From: Eledone cirrhosa | Taxonomy: Eukaryota | Assembly (NCBI GenBank): GCA_964016885.1 | Contig: OZ024743.1 | Coordinates: 306,652,001 to 306,716,000 of the forward strand | Reading direction: 5' to 3' | DNA length: 64,000 nt | Shown here: positions 27,769-41,088 of the stretch, one piece after another | Numbering within the stretch: the stretch's first letter is position 1 | How the letters are laid out: each line of letters opens with the position of its first letter | The notes under the pieces: model-generated | Told to the model about the DNA's origin: nothing | Seen by the model: the letters and a program-made list of their open reading frames with translations, nothing else | The model's database searches: none | Translations under genes and position numbers: made by a program

Positions 27769-29204
27769 AATATGGTTTTATAAATATAGTTTCCATTTAT
27801 TTAATATCATTGTACATTATACTCCAGAAAACTTGTCGAGTTCTCTGAATCAGTTATAAACATTTATATTTGTTGAATTACCAACAAATTGAATATCCCT
27901 TCTTCTTCTTATATATATATACATAAATACATAATCGGAGAAAGCTAAAAGCGATACTCCGGCCAAATTCCAACTCACTCAACAAACATTAGGAAATACC
28001 TGAGTATATTCCCAATTAAACGTTTGGGGTGCTAACTATATTGTATTGTGTGGATAATTGGCTGTATTATTTCATATGAGATATATCAAATATATCATTT
28101 CGCAGACGACTCGTTTCATTATAAGATTTCTACAAGTTAGGTGAAATTATACCAAGTTATGTAGAAGCTTGTATAAGATCAACAAATACTTATTCAAGTG
28201 GGGTCTTATAAATCATCAGTGGGTGCCCAATAATATTAATATTGATAACCAAATCAACATCAATATCTAGCGATAATCACCATCAGTGCTTGAGGGGACT
28301 GCTAGGTTGTTAGTCCAGCAGTTCTAAAAAAAATCTCACACTGTCCCGAAAATGGGAGGAAGGAGGCTACCGCCAAAAACAATACATGCGCAGGTCGTTG
28401 AACACTGACAAGAATTCAAGCCACGTGCTAAGAACTCAATTGGATATGAAAAAATAACTATATGTGCGCACCGCTTTATGACACATATAGATATTTTCTC
28501 GGGCATAATAGCAGAATGCGATACAAGAACAAACAATCAATATTCATCTAAAAAATAAAGAAAGAGAGTCATACCTTATATCGAGAAAGTTTATATCTGT
28601 TGCTCCAAGAGTAAATATATAAATACATAATCGGAGAAAGCTAAAAGCGATTGTATATATATTTATATAAATATTTATGTATATATATTTATATATATAT
28701 ATTTCTGTATCTATCCTTTGTGATCCCGTCTCTATTTTTGTACTCCTGAAGAAGGGCGAAAGCCCGACACGTCAAACTTTCTTTCCCCTTTTCCATATAA
28801 AACGTAAAACTAATAAGACTTTTTGTACCTGTTTGTCGTTTCCTTGAACGAAAACAAGGCAAAACGAAAAACATTTTTTTTAGCAGTTTCGACCACTTCC
28901 AACGGTACTGCTGGCTCTCCCGAGGTCACAGCGTCTGACACAAGCCAAACGCTATGCAGTTGAGTAAGAGACGAGAGACAAAAGATTAATATATAGCAAT
29001 TAAGCTACATCGTGTTAGTGTGTATACACTAAACGGTTTGTTAAACGTTAAATATAACAATCACATCCTTAGGAATTGAATATAGAAATTTGTTGTACTG
29101 ACCCGACCAGCCACAATTGAACAGACCTGCAATCAAAGACGTTCTAACCAAGTGAACTCCTTAAATATTTCAAGACAAATGATGTTTCTATCAACAGGGC
29201 TAGT

Positions 29205-29710
29205 TCCTGGTATTTAGTACCCTAGGAGAGCGCTACAATATGTGCCAGAGTATCTAGCACCCTAGATTAGCGCTGCACAATGTGACAGGGTATTTAGTAC
29301 CCTAGGGGAGCTCTTTAATGTGTGTCTGGGTATTTATCACCCTAGGATAGCTCTACAATTATTACTGGGCATCTGTCCCCCTAGGGTAGTGCTACAATTA
29401 TTACTGGGTATTTAGTACCCTAGATTAGCGCTACAATATATGCCTGGGCATTTAGCACCATAGGGTAAATCTACAATTATTACTGGGTATCTCATACTCT
29501 AGGGTAGCGCTACAATTATTACTGAGTATTTAGCACCCTAGGGTAGTGCTACCATTATTAGTGGGTATCTAGCACCCTAGGGTAACTCTACAATTATTGC
29601 TGGGTATCTCGTACTCTAGGGTAGAGCTACAATTATTACTGAGTATTTAGCACCCTAGGGTAGTGCTACAATTATTGCTGGGTATCTAGCACCCTAGGAT
29701 AGCGCTACAT
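29205..29710. repeat. 39 bp minisatellite, about 13 copies, with an internal CCCTAGGG palindrome
   Basis: Unit approximately GGGTATTTAGCACCCTAGGGTAGTGCTACAATTATTACT. Confidence 0.92.
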
Positions 29711-30459
29711 TAGCGCCACCTTTTTCTAGTTATGCGCCCTATTCACCAAAATAAAATAATTTCAACTTGCAGTTTGATAAACTGACGAATCTAGTTTTTG
29801 ATTCTTCTTACTCTGACTTCACTAAGAAAATTATTATATCAGCATTTTCCACTGCACATTCCACACTCACCTACGCCAGATCATATGAGAAGTAATGCAA
29901 CAAGTCATAAAATCATACGATTCTTTTCATCGCTTTGAATTTTTCCACAACGCTCCTACCCAGCCAAGATGTTTAAAGATTTATTTGTTGTTCATAAATT
30001 ATACACGCTAGCAGAAAAACCACCCTTCGGGTGGTTTTCTGCTAGTAGTGTGTATATTGATATTATACGCAAGTATATATACATGTAGATATGATACATC
30101 AAATAAAATCGTAATTGACAATATAAACAGAAATTGAACGAAGACTGTATTACACTGACTTATGTAATCAGTAACGTAATCCATGATACATTAAAAAAAG
30201 ACGGTATTATATATAGACTGCATTAGGAGAAAATTAGTGACAGAAAATTAGTATGTTTATTTAAGTGATCGCCACCGGAAGTGTTGCCATCACACACTCT
30301 CTCTTTATATATATATAGTAGTTGAAGTGGTGGTGGTGGTAACGATATCCGGAAGTGCAACTTTGAAAAGAAGTCAATTTTAAATTATTTATTTTTACGA
30401 AATTATTTTTGTTTACCAAATTTAGTAGATAAATTATGTAATATTCATTCATTATTTAT

Positions 30460-30762
30460 TACGTCCCTTTACGATCTGAGTTCAAATCCCGCCGAGGTTG
30501 ACTTTGCCTTTCATCCTTACGGGGTCGATAAAATAAAGTACCAGTAATGCACTGGGTATTTGCTGGCCTTGTGCCGAAAGTAGGAACAATTATTTATTCA
30601 AAGTAATTACTGGTACTTTATTTTATCGACCCCGTAAGGATGAAAGGCCGAGGCTGACTTTGCCTTTCATCCTTACGGGGTCGATAAAATAAAGTACCAG
30701 TAATGTACTGGGTATTTGCTGGCCTTGTGCCGAAAGTAGGAACAATTATTTATTCAAAGTAA
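30460..30762. mobile_element. Cluster of family-A SINE pieces (direct duplication with an inverted piece between)
   Basis: Core motif on + at about 30505 and 30660, on - at about 30607-30648. Confidence 0.8.
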
Positions 30763-31798
30763 TCCAACTTATTTTACTAACGGGATAAAAAAAAATAAAC
30801 CGTCCGCAGTCCCGCAGACCTTCCTTTATTATGGTTTAGATTTGTAGAAAACTGGGATTATTTAAGGTTCAGTAATGTGCATCTCCGAGGTCAGCATCCT
30901 AGATGGCTGTCTAGTTGGTTTTAGTTGTAGCGCCTGACCAGTTTTTCAACAATTTATCCGAATTTAAGATACTATTGTGTGATTTCAGTGTGAATCGACT
31001 GCTATTTCTAATAGGTCAAGTGACTAAGCAGATGTTCGCTTTTTGTGTTGGTCGCCCTCGAGACCTTTGGTGTTCTTGGGCCCTGGACAACTGTTTGCTT
31101 CCACCAGATCTGGAGGAGCATATCACAATTGAGGAAAGAGCCTCGTAAGATAGAATGGGGATGTTTTCAAGGGTAGCGCTATCTTCTGTCGCGGAACATA
31201 ACTGCTGATATATACCGTTCAGCCAACAATGTAGGATTTGTCCCCCTCCTCATTCCCCTACCCATATTTTATATTTATTTAGTTTTATATTCTCTTTCGT
31301 TTTGTTAACTTTGTGTATTGTTTTCTTAACTCTTAGCATACTGTAATAATTAAGCAGACTGTATCTGAAAATATACGGTTTTAGTAGTTCTACTAGCGGA
31401 CAGATTTTTGTGGAAAATTGCAATTATAATGTGATGCAAACAATGTTATTTTATACTTTCCAAGATTGTCTTGTTAATGTTGTTTCGTGTGATGCAGAAC
31501 GTTATCAAATAAGTAATAATTTACTTGCCCACATCCCGGCACACTGCTATCGGAGCGGAGTTGGCTGCCCGCAGAAGCGAGCGTCTCCGGGGCTATATCT
31601 TTTCCCACCGGTCGGCTGAGACCTAGAGGCAGACTGACCCTTAAGTTTCATTTATGGTGGTGACGTGTGGATTTGATTTACTTCCATAAGTATACATATG
31701 TACATAGATATGTACATACATATGTACATACATACATGAATAAATACATACATACGATTTAAATACTTGAAATAATTTACTTGAAATAATTTACATTA

Positions 31799-31877
<79 letters not shown>

Positions 31878-31896
31878 GTTACAACAATGGCATATA

Positions 31897-31944
31897 CAGG
31901 TACTTAAGTTTCGTTGGGTTATGCACCCCAACTCATTCAGCCTG
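31897..31944 (-). ncRNA. Type-I hammerhead with a one-base-expanded core (CUGAAUGA)
   Basis: CAGG-CTGAATGA-GTTGGG..CCCAAC-GAAA-CTTAAG-TA-CCTG, close to a (TA)n tract. Confidence 0.72.
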
Positions 31945-32859
31945 CTATACTTAATTCGTCCTATGGACTGAGTGCTCTTACCCTTGGATATTTCTACCAA
32001 ACCTTTATTATAGTACACACACACACACTTTTCGTTTTAGTTTCAGAAGATCCCGTTAAGGGTGAAAGTAGCGATTATTTGCTTAAACTTTAATCTGTTA
32101 TTTTAATATATATATTGATATTGATATCATAAACATTAATTTACATTATTATATAAATAGTAACTTTAAATGTTTAGTCGTTTGCACTTAGGTAGTGTAG
32201 GGTCACGGTGTTTGTAAACCTGATGACTGGAGCTTTAGTTAGTGGCCCTTAATAATCGACACTTGGGTTTTAAGTACAGATCGAAGAAAAGCCTTGCTTA
32301 TCGAGACAACATATCGTTTATCTATTATACGTTTAAGACGGGGCCTCCTTTCAAGAGGGAGTTTTAGAGCCCTCTGTTCGCTTTCTCTATCCCCTATATA
32401 TTTTATTGTTTGATTTTACTTCTTTATACACACACACACACACACATATATATATATGTTTGTATGTGCGTATGTGTGTGTGCGTGTATATATATATATA
32501 CACATATTAGTTGAGACTTTTGCCTATTGTGAATTGCACTAAAATCGAAGTCGAAATGTCTATAAAATAACGAACATGTTAAGCTAACAATTCTCCACAA
32601 TCATTTTCACACAACTCTGCATGGATTTATTCGTTGTGTCATTCATGTTTTAGCCAGCGTGAAATTCATTGAACTTGCCCACTTCCGTCCGTGTAACAGA
32701 CGTCTGCTCTGTTTACCGAAACAAAACGTTTGGCTGGCGTAACAACTACATTTTCGGCTTCCGGTGTAAAGATTTCAGGAAGAGAGGGTTGGGAATGATA
32801 GAGCAAGAGGCGGAGAAGAAAGATATGATTAAAAAAAAGAAAAGGGAAAAAGAGTGATA

Positions 32860-32936
<77 letters not shown>

Positions 32937-33482
32937 GGGGGGGGTTGTAAAGAGGGATTAAAGGGAAACGAAATATATCATAAAATAAAACGATATTAGA
33001 GAAGAGGAGAACGAAAATTATATCAAGAGTGAATTAAATAATACAGAAAAAGAGGGGGAATGAAAAGTTGGAGAAAATAGAGAAGCAACGAAGGATGAAA
33101 GGAAGAAAACATAGGTAAAAGAGAAAAATGGGGAATGATACGGGAAAAGAAAGAAAGAATAAAGGACAGAATCCGAGTGAATGAAGGAAAATAATGTTTA
33201 AAAAGGAAACAAAAGTTTATTAAACAAAAGAAGTAAAGTTATATGTTTGAATAATCATTTTGACAAAAATAGAAATAAAAATATCGCTGGGTGAGGGATG
33301 AAATGGTGAAGGGATATTTAAAAGGGTGTAGATGACTATAGGTGAAATAGGTGAAGAAGACAGAAAGATTGGTAGAGAAGGAAAATGATGCAGAAAGAAT
33401 AGTTTAATGAAATAGAAAGATATTAGGTTTGTAGAAAACAAGTTAAGTACGAAAGTAAGGTAGCATACGACACTGTAATGCT

Positions 33483-33591
<109 letters not shown>

Positions 33592-33767
33592 TACATTCAA
33601 ACATATATATATATATATATATATATATGCATACATTCAAACATATATATATATATATATATATATATGCATACATTCAAACATATATATATATATATAT
33701 ATATGCATACATTCAAACATATATATATATATATACATTTTTTTTTTCATTCATGTGTGTGTGTTTA

Positions 33768-33812
<45 letters not shown>

Positions 33813-33828
33813 AGTGTATGTATGTATG

Positions 33829-33897
<69 letters not shown>

Positions 33898-33962
33898 TAC
33901 AAACGCATGAAAAAACTGTGAATGTGAATATGTATATATATATATGTTTATATATATGTGTG

Positions 33963-34039
<77 letters not shown>

Positions 34040-34651
34040 CAACATTGTTATTATTATTAGTATTGCGTCCTACGGATGGGTCCGTACTTATAATATAGTC
34101 AGGTCATCAGTACATACCCATATCCCTTAGCAAATCAACACCATTCACTCGAGTACTCATACACAACAAAAGCCATGTCTATTGGGTACATACATTCGGG
34201 TACGAAGGGAGTTCTCAATAGATTTAGGTGTGTTTGGGTTGGATTTTATGAATGGGAACGTTAGTGCCGCAACGGGTGAGTGCATAAGTGAGTGCCAGTT
34301 GGCATAACAGTGGGCGTACATCGTGTGGAAGTGGAGGCATTCACACAGGATCTGCTTAACTATTTATGACGGTAATCAGTGTCATGATGATGATGATGAT
34401 GATGATCAGGATGATCAGGTTGATCGGGATGACATTTATGCTGATATTGATAAAGAGAGTGATGACGATGTTCATTATGATGATGATGATAATGAGAAAG
34501 ACCTAATGTTTCTCTCTATATATATATAAGCATATTGTATATGCGTTTACATACACTCACTTTATGTGTATATATATGTATGTATATACATATATCCACA
34601 TATATATATATATATTCACTTATATATATATATCCACATATATATATATAT

Positions 34652-37160
34652 CTAAGGCGGGTAAAATTCCCGAGTTCCATGGACGAGTTCTCTCCAGCGG
34701 TCTCTGTCCCTCATTATCGCTGCCATGTCCTGCGTCTTCAACAGACCAGTGTCTGTCCTTAGGGTATCAACATACGTTAACCTTAGTCTTCCTCTTCCAG
34801 TGTGTCCATGTAGGGGCTCCCAGAGGAGCACTGAGTTCAATGTCAACTCTGGATGTCGGTGAGCATGTCCAGCTAACCTCAGTCTCCTCTGTGTCACTTT
34901 TGAGCTGACTTTTGGGAGGCTCCCATACAGCTCTGAGTTTTTCATCCTCAGTGTATACTGATTAATGTTCAGAGCCATCCTCAGCATTCTCGTGTAGCAC
35001 CCATCCACCATCTGAGTGAGTTTCTTGGTCAGTCTCCAAGTCTCAAACCCGTACAGCAGCACAGACTCTACTACAGCAATGAAAAGGCGGATTTTTGGTC
35101 TTTACGAAGGTCCGACGTCCACACCGATCACAAGCTGTGGCACGCCGCCTAGGCTTTGCTCTTCCTCTCAACCACATCATCTTCCGTATTCCCAATCTTT
35201 GCTCCCAAATACAGGATGTCCTCAACTAATTCTAGCCGCTCCCCGCCTACATTAGTGATCCCCTTTGGCTTCTCAACATTCTCTACCAGATATTTTGTTT
35301 TAGTCTCATTCATTCTCAGCCCCACACTCATCGACACAGTCTCAACCTCCTGCATCAAATCCTCTGCCTCCTTCACTGTATTTGTCACCAAAACTATGTT
35401 GTCGGCAAATTCAGCATCCGATATCTTTTTCGCCTTAACTCTCCTGCTCTGAGCCGGTGCTACAGTAAAGCCAGAGTCCTGGTGTTTCTCCAGTGCAAGG
35501 CGCATGCAATAGTCCACTACGATGATAAAAAGGTAGGGAGCCAATGTATCTCCCTGGAGCACTCCAGCCAGTATCTCAAAGAACTCTGTCATCCCATCAG
35601 GTGTAATGACTTGGGCTTTGGTGTTGGTGTAGAGCAGTGGTATCAAGTCCACTATCCTCTTGGGGATTCCATAAGCCTCTAAGATCTTCATTAGGCAGTG
35701 ACGGTCCACATAATCAAAGGCCTTCCTAAAGTCAATGAAAACCATGACCGCAGGAAGGCACTTTGCTCTAGCCCCCTCTAATATCCTCCTCAGCATCAGG
35801 ATGTGACTGGTGGTTGATCTACCCTCTCTGAAGCCGTTCTGGCTGTCCCTGAGCTTCTGCTCCATCTCAGGCTGGATCCTGTTAAGAATCATCCTGTTGA
35901 GGGTCTTTGCCACAAGTGACGTCAGTGAGATCCCCCTGTAGTTGTTGGTGTTAGAGAGATCTCCCTTCTTTGGCACTGGGACGATGTTACTGATCCTCCA
36001 CTGATTCGGGCAACTCCTTTCACCAGTGCCTGGTTACAGAACCCCAGGATGATATCATCAAAATCACACCTATTCATCACCTCTGATGCCACTCCATCTT
36101 CTCCATGAGCCTTGCCCTCCTTGATCTTCTTCTTGGCTCTCTGAAGCTCCTCTCTGATGAAGGGCTCTGTTTCAATATCCTGTTCTTCAAACAGCCGCCT
36201 GATCTCCCCAGTGCTCTGGGCCGTGGAGGGCGGCTCTCCTAGTAGGGTCCTAAAATGGTCTAGCCATTTCCTCTTCCTATCCACGGGCCCCGTTCCCTGG
36301 ATCTGACTCGAACACCTTCTCTTCCTCCCTGTGATCTCGTTGATGATCATCCAGCTCTCCTTACATCCAGATCTGTCAACCGCTCTCTCCACGCTTCTGA
36401 CCTTCTCTATCAGTGCCTCCTCTCTAGCCTCAGTGTAAGCGGTACAGGGTTCTTCCCTCATCACCTCCACAGTCTCTATCCTCTCCTCCGTAGGATCAGC
36501 ATAGACTTGGTCCTTGGCAGCTTTCAGGTGTTCTCTGGCTGCACACACTTTTGGGTCTGCAGAGCTGACGTGCTTCCTTTTGTTCTTTCTCCTCGGCACC
36601 AGAGTCTCACTTGCTTCCGCCACTGCATTGGTGAAGTGCCCGTACCCCCTCGTCACACTCTCCTCAGTCCATCCAATCTCTCTCTCCTCTGTCTCTCCAC
36701 ACAGAGCACTGAACCTGTTCCTTACTTCCACTGTGAACCTCTCCTGTAGCTTATCATCTTCCTTGAAAGCTCCCCAGTCATAGATTGTTCTCCGGAGCTG
36801 AGTCTTGCTCTTTCTTAAGCCCACCCGGACCTCACTCATAACAAGCCGGTGGTCACTACCCAGTGTACTGAAATAGTTGTATGGTTCTGTGTTCAGAACA
36901 CTATTCCGCCCCTTTTTCCTCACCAGAATGAAATCAATCTGGGACTTGGACAGGTGCATATCTGAGATGTAGGTCCACATCTTCCCCAGATTCTTCCTAA
37001 ACCTTAGGTTGGTCGCTATCAAGTTCGCCTCCAGCAGGGTGTCTCTCAGTAGTCTTCCATTTCGGTTGATGTTGTTATGGAAGTACCAGCAAGGATCTTC
37101 ACTGCCCTCCTTACTCAGATGTGCATTGAAGTCCCCCAAAACAAGCAGAATGTTGTGTGC
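34652..37160 (-). mobile_element. 5'-truncated, frameshifted RTE-type LINE (APE endonuclease remnant plus reverse transcriptase)
   Basis: GDFNAH..QIDFIL..SDH (APE); NYRGISL, QNGFREGRST, FIDFRKAFD, GVLQGDTLAPYLF, FADN (RT, catalytic DD damaged); LRLAGH C-terminus; split over three ORFs. Confidence 0.92.
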
Positions 37161-37513
37161 TTGTATTATACCTAATTTAGTAATTTCCTACATATATATA
37201 TACACACACCAAACACTATACACACACGCAAACGAATGCACAGAGACGAAGACGAAAATAAATAAATATATAAAAAGATAAAATAAAAATGGTGTAGACA
37301 TTACAATACAACAGGAGCAAACATAATAGTACCACTGATGATGTTGCAGATGTACAACGAAGGAACTTTGTTAGACTATATATATGTATTTATATCTGTA
37401 TTTTTGACTGTTGGTCAATCAATGATAAACATTGAGGACCAAATGATTTAACTATGGAGATATAAAAATACAGAAGCGAAAACCAACCAAACAGCGAGTG
37501 TGTACCGTTATAA

Positions 37514-37596
<83 letters not shown>

Positions 37597-37690
37597 GTGG
37601 AACACTGGAAGGTAATATCCGTAGTGGTAGAGCACTCAGTCCAAGGGACGAGTTAGATAGAAGTGGTTACACAACAGTTAGTTCACCATA

Positions 37691-37730
37691 CCGAGAACAA
37701 TTGTTTCACCTTCGCGGATCTTCAGCTCGG
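37691..37730 (-). ncRNA. Minimal type-I hammerhead, mirror copy (GUU triplet)
   Basis: Reverse complement CCGAG-CTGAAGA-TCCGCGAAGGT-GAAA-CAATTG-TT-CTCGG. Confidence 0.8.
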
Positions 37731-37868
37731 GATGTGTATGGTTATAGGAACAGGAAGGACAACCGTACGAACGCGCATGCGCAGAAACTCGGTCACTTCA
37801 CACAGGCACAGTTTCTGCGCATGCGCGTTCGTACGGTTATTCTTCCTGTTCCTATAACCATACACATC

Positions 37869-37908
37869 CCGAGCTGAAGATCCGCGAAGGTGAAACAATT
37901 GTACTCGG
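37869..37908 (+). ncRNA. Minimal type-I hammerhead (GUA triplet)
   Basis: CCGAG-CTGAAGA-TCCGCGAAGGT-GAAA-CAATTG-TA-CTCGG; palindromic stem III. Confidence 0.87.
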
Positions 37909-38379
37909 TATGGTGAACTAACTGTTGTGTAACCACTTCTATATATATATATATAAGAAAATGAGGGTTTTTTTTAAATGAAACAAAAACGAGATGTCCT
38001 ACACGAGTGAAAGTATAAGGAAAAAAGATATATATATACATTGATTTATTATGGCTTTTGGTGAGCTGTGTTATTCTAAAGTTTCACTGGCGCATTCACA
38101 GGATCACCAGTCATGTAAGTTCTCGGGTAAAACTCCAGGGTAACAACACTCACCACTTAATCATAATAAATGTATATTTAAACTCTACTTCGGTATTGAG
38201 TTTTCATTAATACGTCCGTCAATAATTCACGTACTCTCTGGGCTAAAAATGTTATTTTACATTAAAAAAAAACATTATATACGACAAAAAAAATGAACAT
38301 TACAAGAAATTCCATATTTACGAACGTAAACTATACAATTACCGATTTCCTTAGCTCTAACTCCCTCATTATATCTACA

Positions 38380-39000
38380 GCCACTGAAATCTACACCTCT
38401 CTATATCTACTACACGCTGCTCTCTCTCCCACTCCCCTCTATATATCAATTACCACCAAATTATACCCCTCACTATATCTACCATACAACACTCTCTCAT
38501 TCCCTCTCATTCTATCCACCACTAGCAAACTCTCCCACTCTCTATATCTATCAATACCTATCTCTATCCATCCTCTCACTCTTTTCATTCCACCCAAACT
38601 CTCCCCCTCTTTTTATATCTATCAACACCTATCTCTACCTATCCTCTTACTCTATTCATTACCACTAAACTCTCCCTCTCTCTACATCAACCATAATACA
38701 CTCTCTCCCAACCCCCTCTTCATATCAATTAACACCAAACTCTCCCCCTCTCTATATCTACTACACGGAACTCTCTTCCAATACCGCTCTCTACATCAAT
38801 TAACACCAAACTCTCCCTCTCTCTATATCTACTACATGGAACTTTTTCCAACCCCTCCCACCTCTCTATGTCAATAAACACAAATCTCTCCCTCTCTCTA
38901 TATCTAATATACATCACACACACCCAACCTTCCTCTCTATATCAATTACCACCAACTTCTTCCCCTCTCTATATCTATATCTATCTCTTCCATCTATCTC
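38380..39000. repeat. Degenerate pyrimidine-rich minisatellite
   Basis: Recurrent ACCAAACTCTCCCCTCTCTATATCTA blocks. Confidence 0.8.
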
Positions 39001-39126
39001 TACATAACATGTAGATAAATTGTAGCGCATATACAAATAGATGTGTGTTTGGGTATCTTGGGGAGAAAATATAATTATTGGCAGAGGGGTGCATGCCCCC
39101 TTCCCCAGTTCCACTGCGCCTGTATG

Positions 39127-39226
<100 letters not shown>

Positions 39227-39337
39227 ATTAAGTTATATATACACACATATATATATATAGCGAGAAAGAAAGAGTGAGAGAGAGAGAAAGAGAATTACAA
39301 TTTAGCTTCGGCATAATAGCTGTATAGCTGTGTACAA

Positions 39338-39439
<102 letters not shown>

Positions 39440-39562
39440 TTCGCATATCCGCAGATATACATTATGTTTAATAACTAAACATTTTGAAAGTCAGCTACGA
39501 ATATTGAAAGGGTCACGGCTAGCGCCATCTAGCGGATTTCAGCAGAAGCAGCGGGAGAGAAC

Positions 39563-39601
39563 TGTCTATGCGCGTTTCGAGCTATGGCCCTCATCAGAAC
39601 A
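39563..39601 (-). ncRNA. Minimal hammerhead with one stem-III mismatch
   Basis: Reverse complement TGTT-CTGATGA-GGGC-CATA-GCTC-GAAA-CGCGCA-TA-GACA. Confidence 0.65.
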
Positions 39602-40304
39602 TTGCTTCTCCTACTCTCTGCTGGAACTTGAAACAGGCGAAAATATGTAGTTTTCTCGACAGTGTATGTGGGTTGATTAACATCATTTGCATATGAAGCT
39701 GTATAAGTTGTTCAAATTAAAACTAGAATTAAAATTTTGTTTCGGCAGAGCTGTGTATATACATGTATGTGAGTTTCGTATATCTAAAGATATACGGTAT
39801 GTTTAATAAACTAACATTTTGAAATCTCAGCTATGAGTATTGAAAGGCTGACGGGCGGAGCTTTTCCCTTGTTTCCTTGGCGTTAAACGAATGGATAGGA
39901 CTCTAATCTATCGCAGGATTAACTTCCCAGCTACTGCTTGTACTCACTCTCAGCAGAGTGTACTGGGGCATGCCGGTGTTTATCCTCGGTTTCCTTGGTG
40001 TTAAGCGACTGAAAGTACAAGTGTCTCCCTAGACAAAATGCCAACCTATCGCAGGTTTAACTCCCCGGCCACTGCTGGTGCGCATCTCAGCTGAGTGTAC
40101 TGTAGCAACGTGAAATAACATGTTTTACTTAAGAACACAAAACAATTTTGGTGCTAAGCTAAAATCTCCTAAATCGTCAGTAATTAGCGACAAGGTACTA
40201 TTTCGCCTAATGGTTAAACATGAATCGCCCGGCATACGAGAGTTGTGTCGCTCGATTCTCTACAGATGTTTCTGTCAAAGGATACTTTACTGATATTATT
40301 AAAT

Positions 40305-40486
40305 TTGGCAGTATCGGTAGAGGGTCGGACGCTATGCTTTCCAGCATAAAGTTACGTCCCTTTACGGTCTGAATTCAAATCCCGCCGAGGTTAACTTTGC
40401 CTTTCATCCTTACGGGGTCGATAAAATAAAGTACCAGTAATGCACTGAGATAATTGCTGGCCTTGTGACAAAAGTAGAAACAATTG
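40305..40486 (+). mobile_element. Family-A SINE
   Basis: A-box, B-box and core motif. Confidence 0.85.
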
Positions 40487-40580
40487 TTAAATTATTATTT
40501 ATAGTTATCTGCATTGTAGCGAATAACTTTTCAAAATACATCATGCACAGTTAGTTATTGATGGGTGCTTGCTTACTTAC

Positions 40581-41056
40581 CTGTGTGGATATATGTGTGT
40601 TTCTTCATGTCTGATTTTTGATGGAAGCGCTTTCCACAGTACTGACACGGGTAGGGTCTGGTGTCGCTGTGAATTAGTAAGTGGGTTGATAGAGTAGAGG
40701 ATCGTTTGAAACACTTGCCACACTGCTTACACTGGAATAGTTTGTCTGTGACAGTGGCCTGTAATGAGGACAGAGACATAGAAGAGGGGGCAGCTTGTGG
40801 TGGAGGGGGAGACAGTGACGTAGAGGGACACAGAGACAACGGTGGCAGCATGGACACTGCTTGAGACTGTGGTGGTGGCGGGGGTGGAGGCAGAGGTGGT
40901 AGTGGTGGAGGTGGTGGCGGAGGCGGCAGTGGATGATGTGGTGGTGGCGGTGGAGGTAGCGATGGTTGGGATTGAGGACTAGACTGGTGGGAAGAGTGCA
41001 AAACCGGATGCGGATGGTTCTGGAGAGGGTGGTGGTGATGATGGTGTTGTTGTTGC

Positions 41057-41088
<32 letters not shown>

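Larger units (their letters stand above)
27461..27814. repeat. 354 bp palindrome carrying mirror-image hammerheads
   Basis: TACAATGATATTAAATAAATGG ... CCATTTATTTAATATCATTGTA; centre TTCCTTG-gatagt-CAAGGAA. Confidence 0.93.
37657..37942. repeat. 286 bp palindrome with mirror-image hammerheads, between (TA)n tracts
   Basis: ATAGAAGTGGTTACACAACAG ... CTGTTGTGTAACCACTTCTAT; spacer of about 22 nt at about 37800. Confidence 0.95.

Noticed and set aside
29205-29710. CRISPR-like array of palindromic 39 bp units
   Set aside because: No unique spacers and no cas genes; eukaryotic minisatellite.
37326-37380. Hammerhead-like CTGATGA-TGTTG..CAAC-GAAG
   Set aside because: Core mutated and stems I/III poorly paired; counted only as a decayed remnant. 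The same applies to about 32043-32075, 32220-32275 and 57625-57655.
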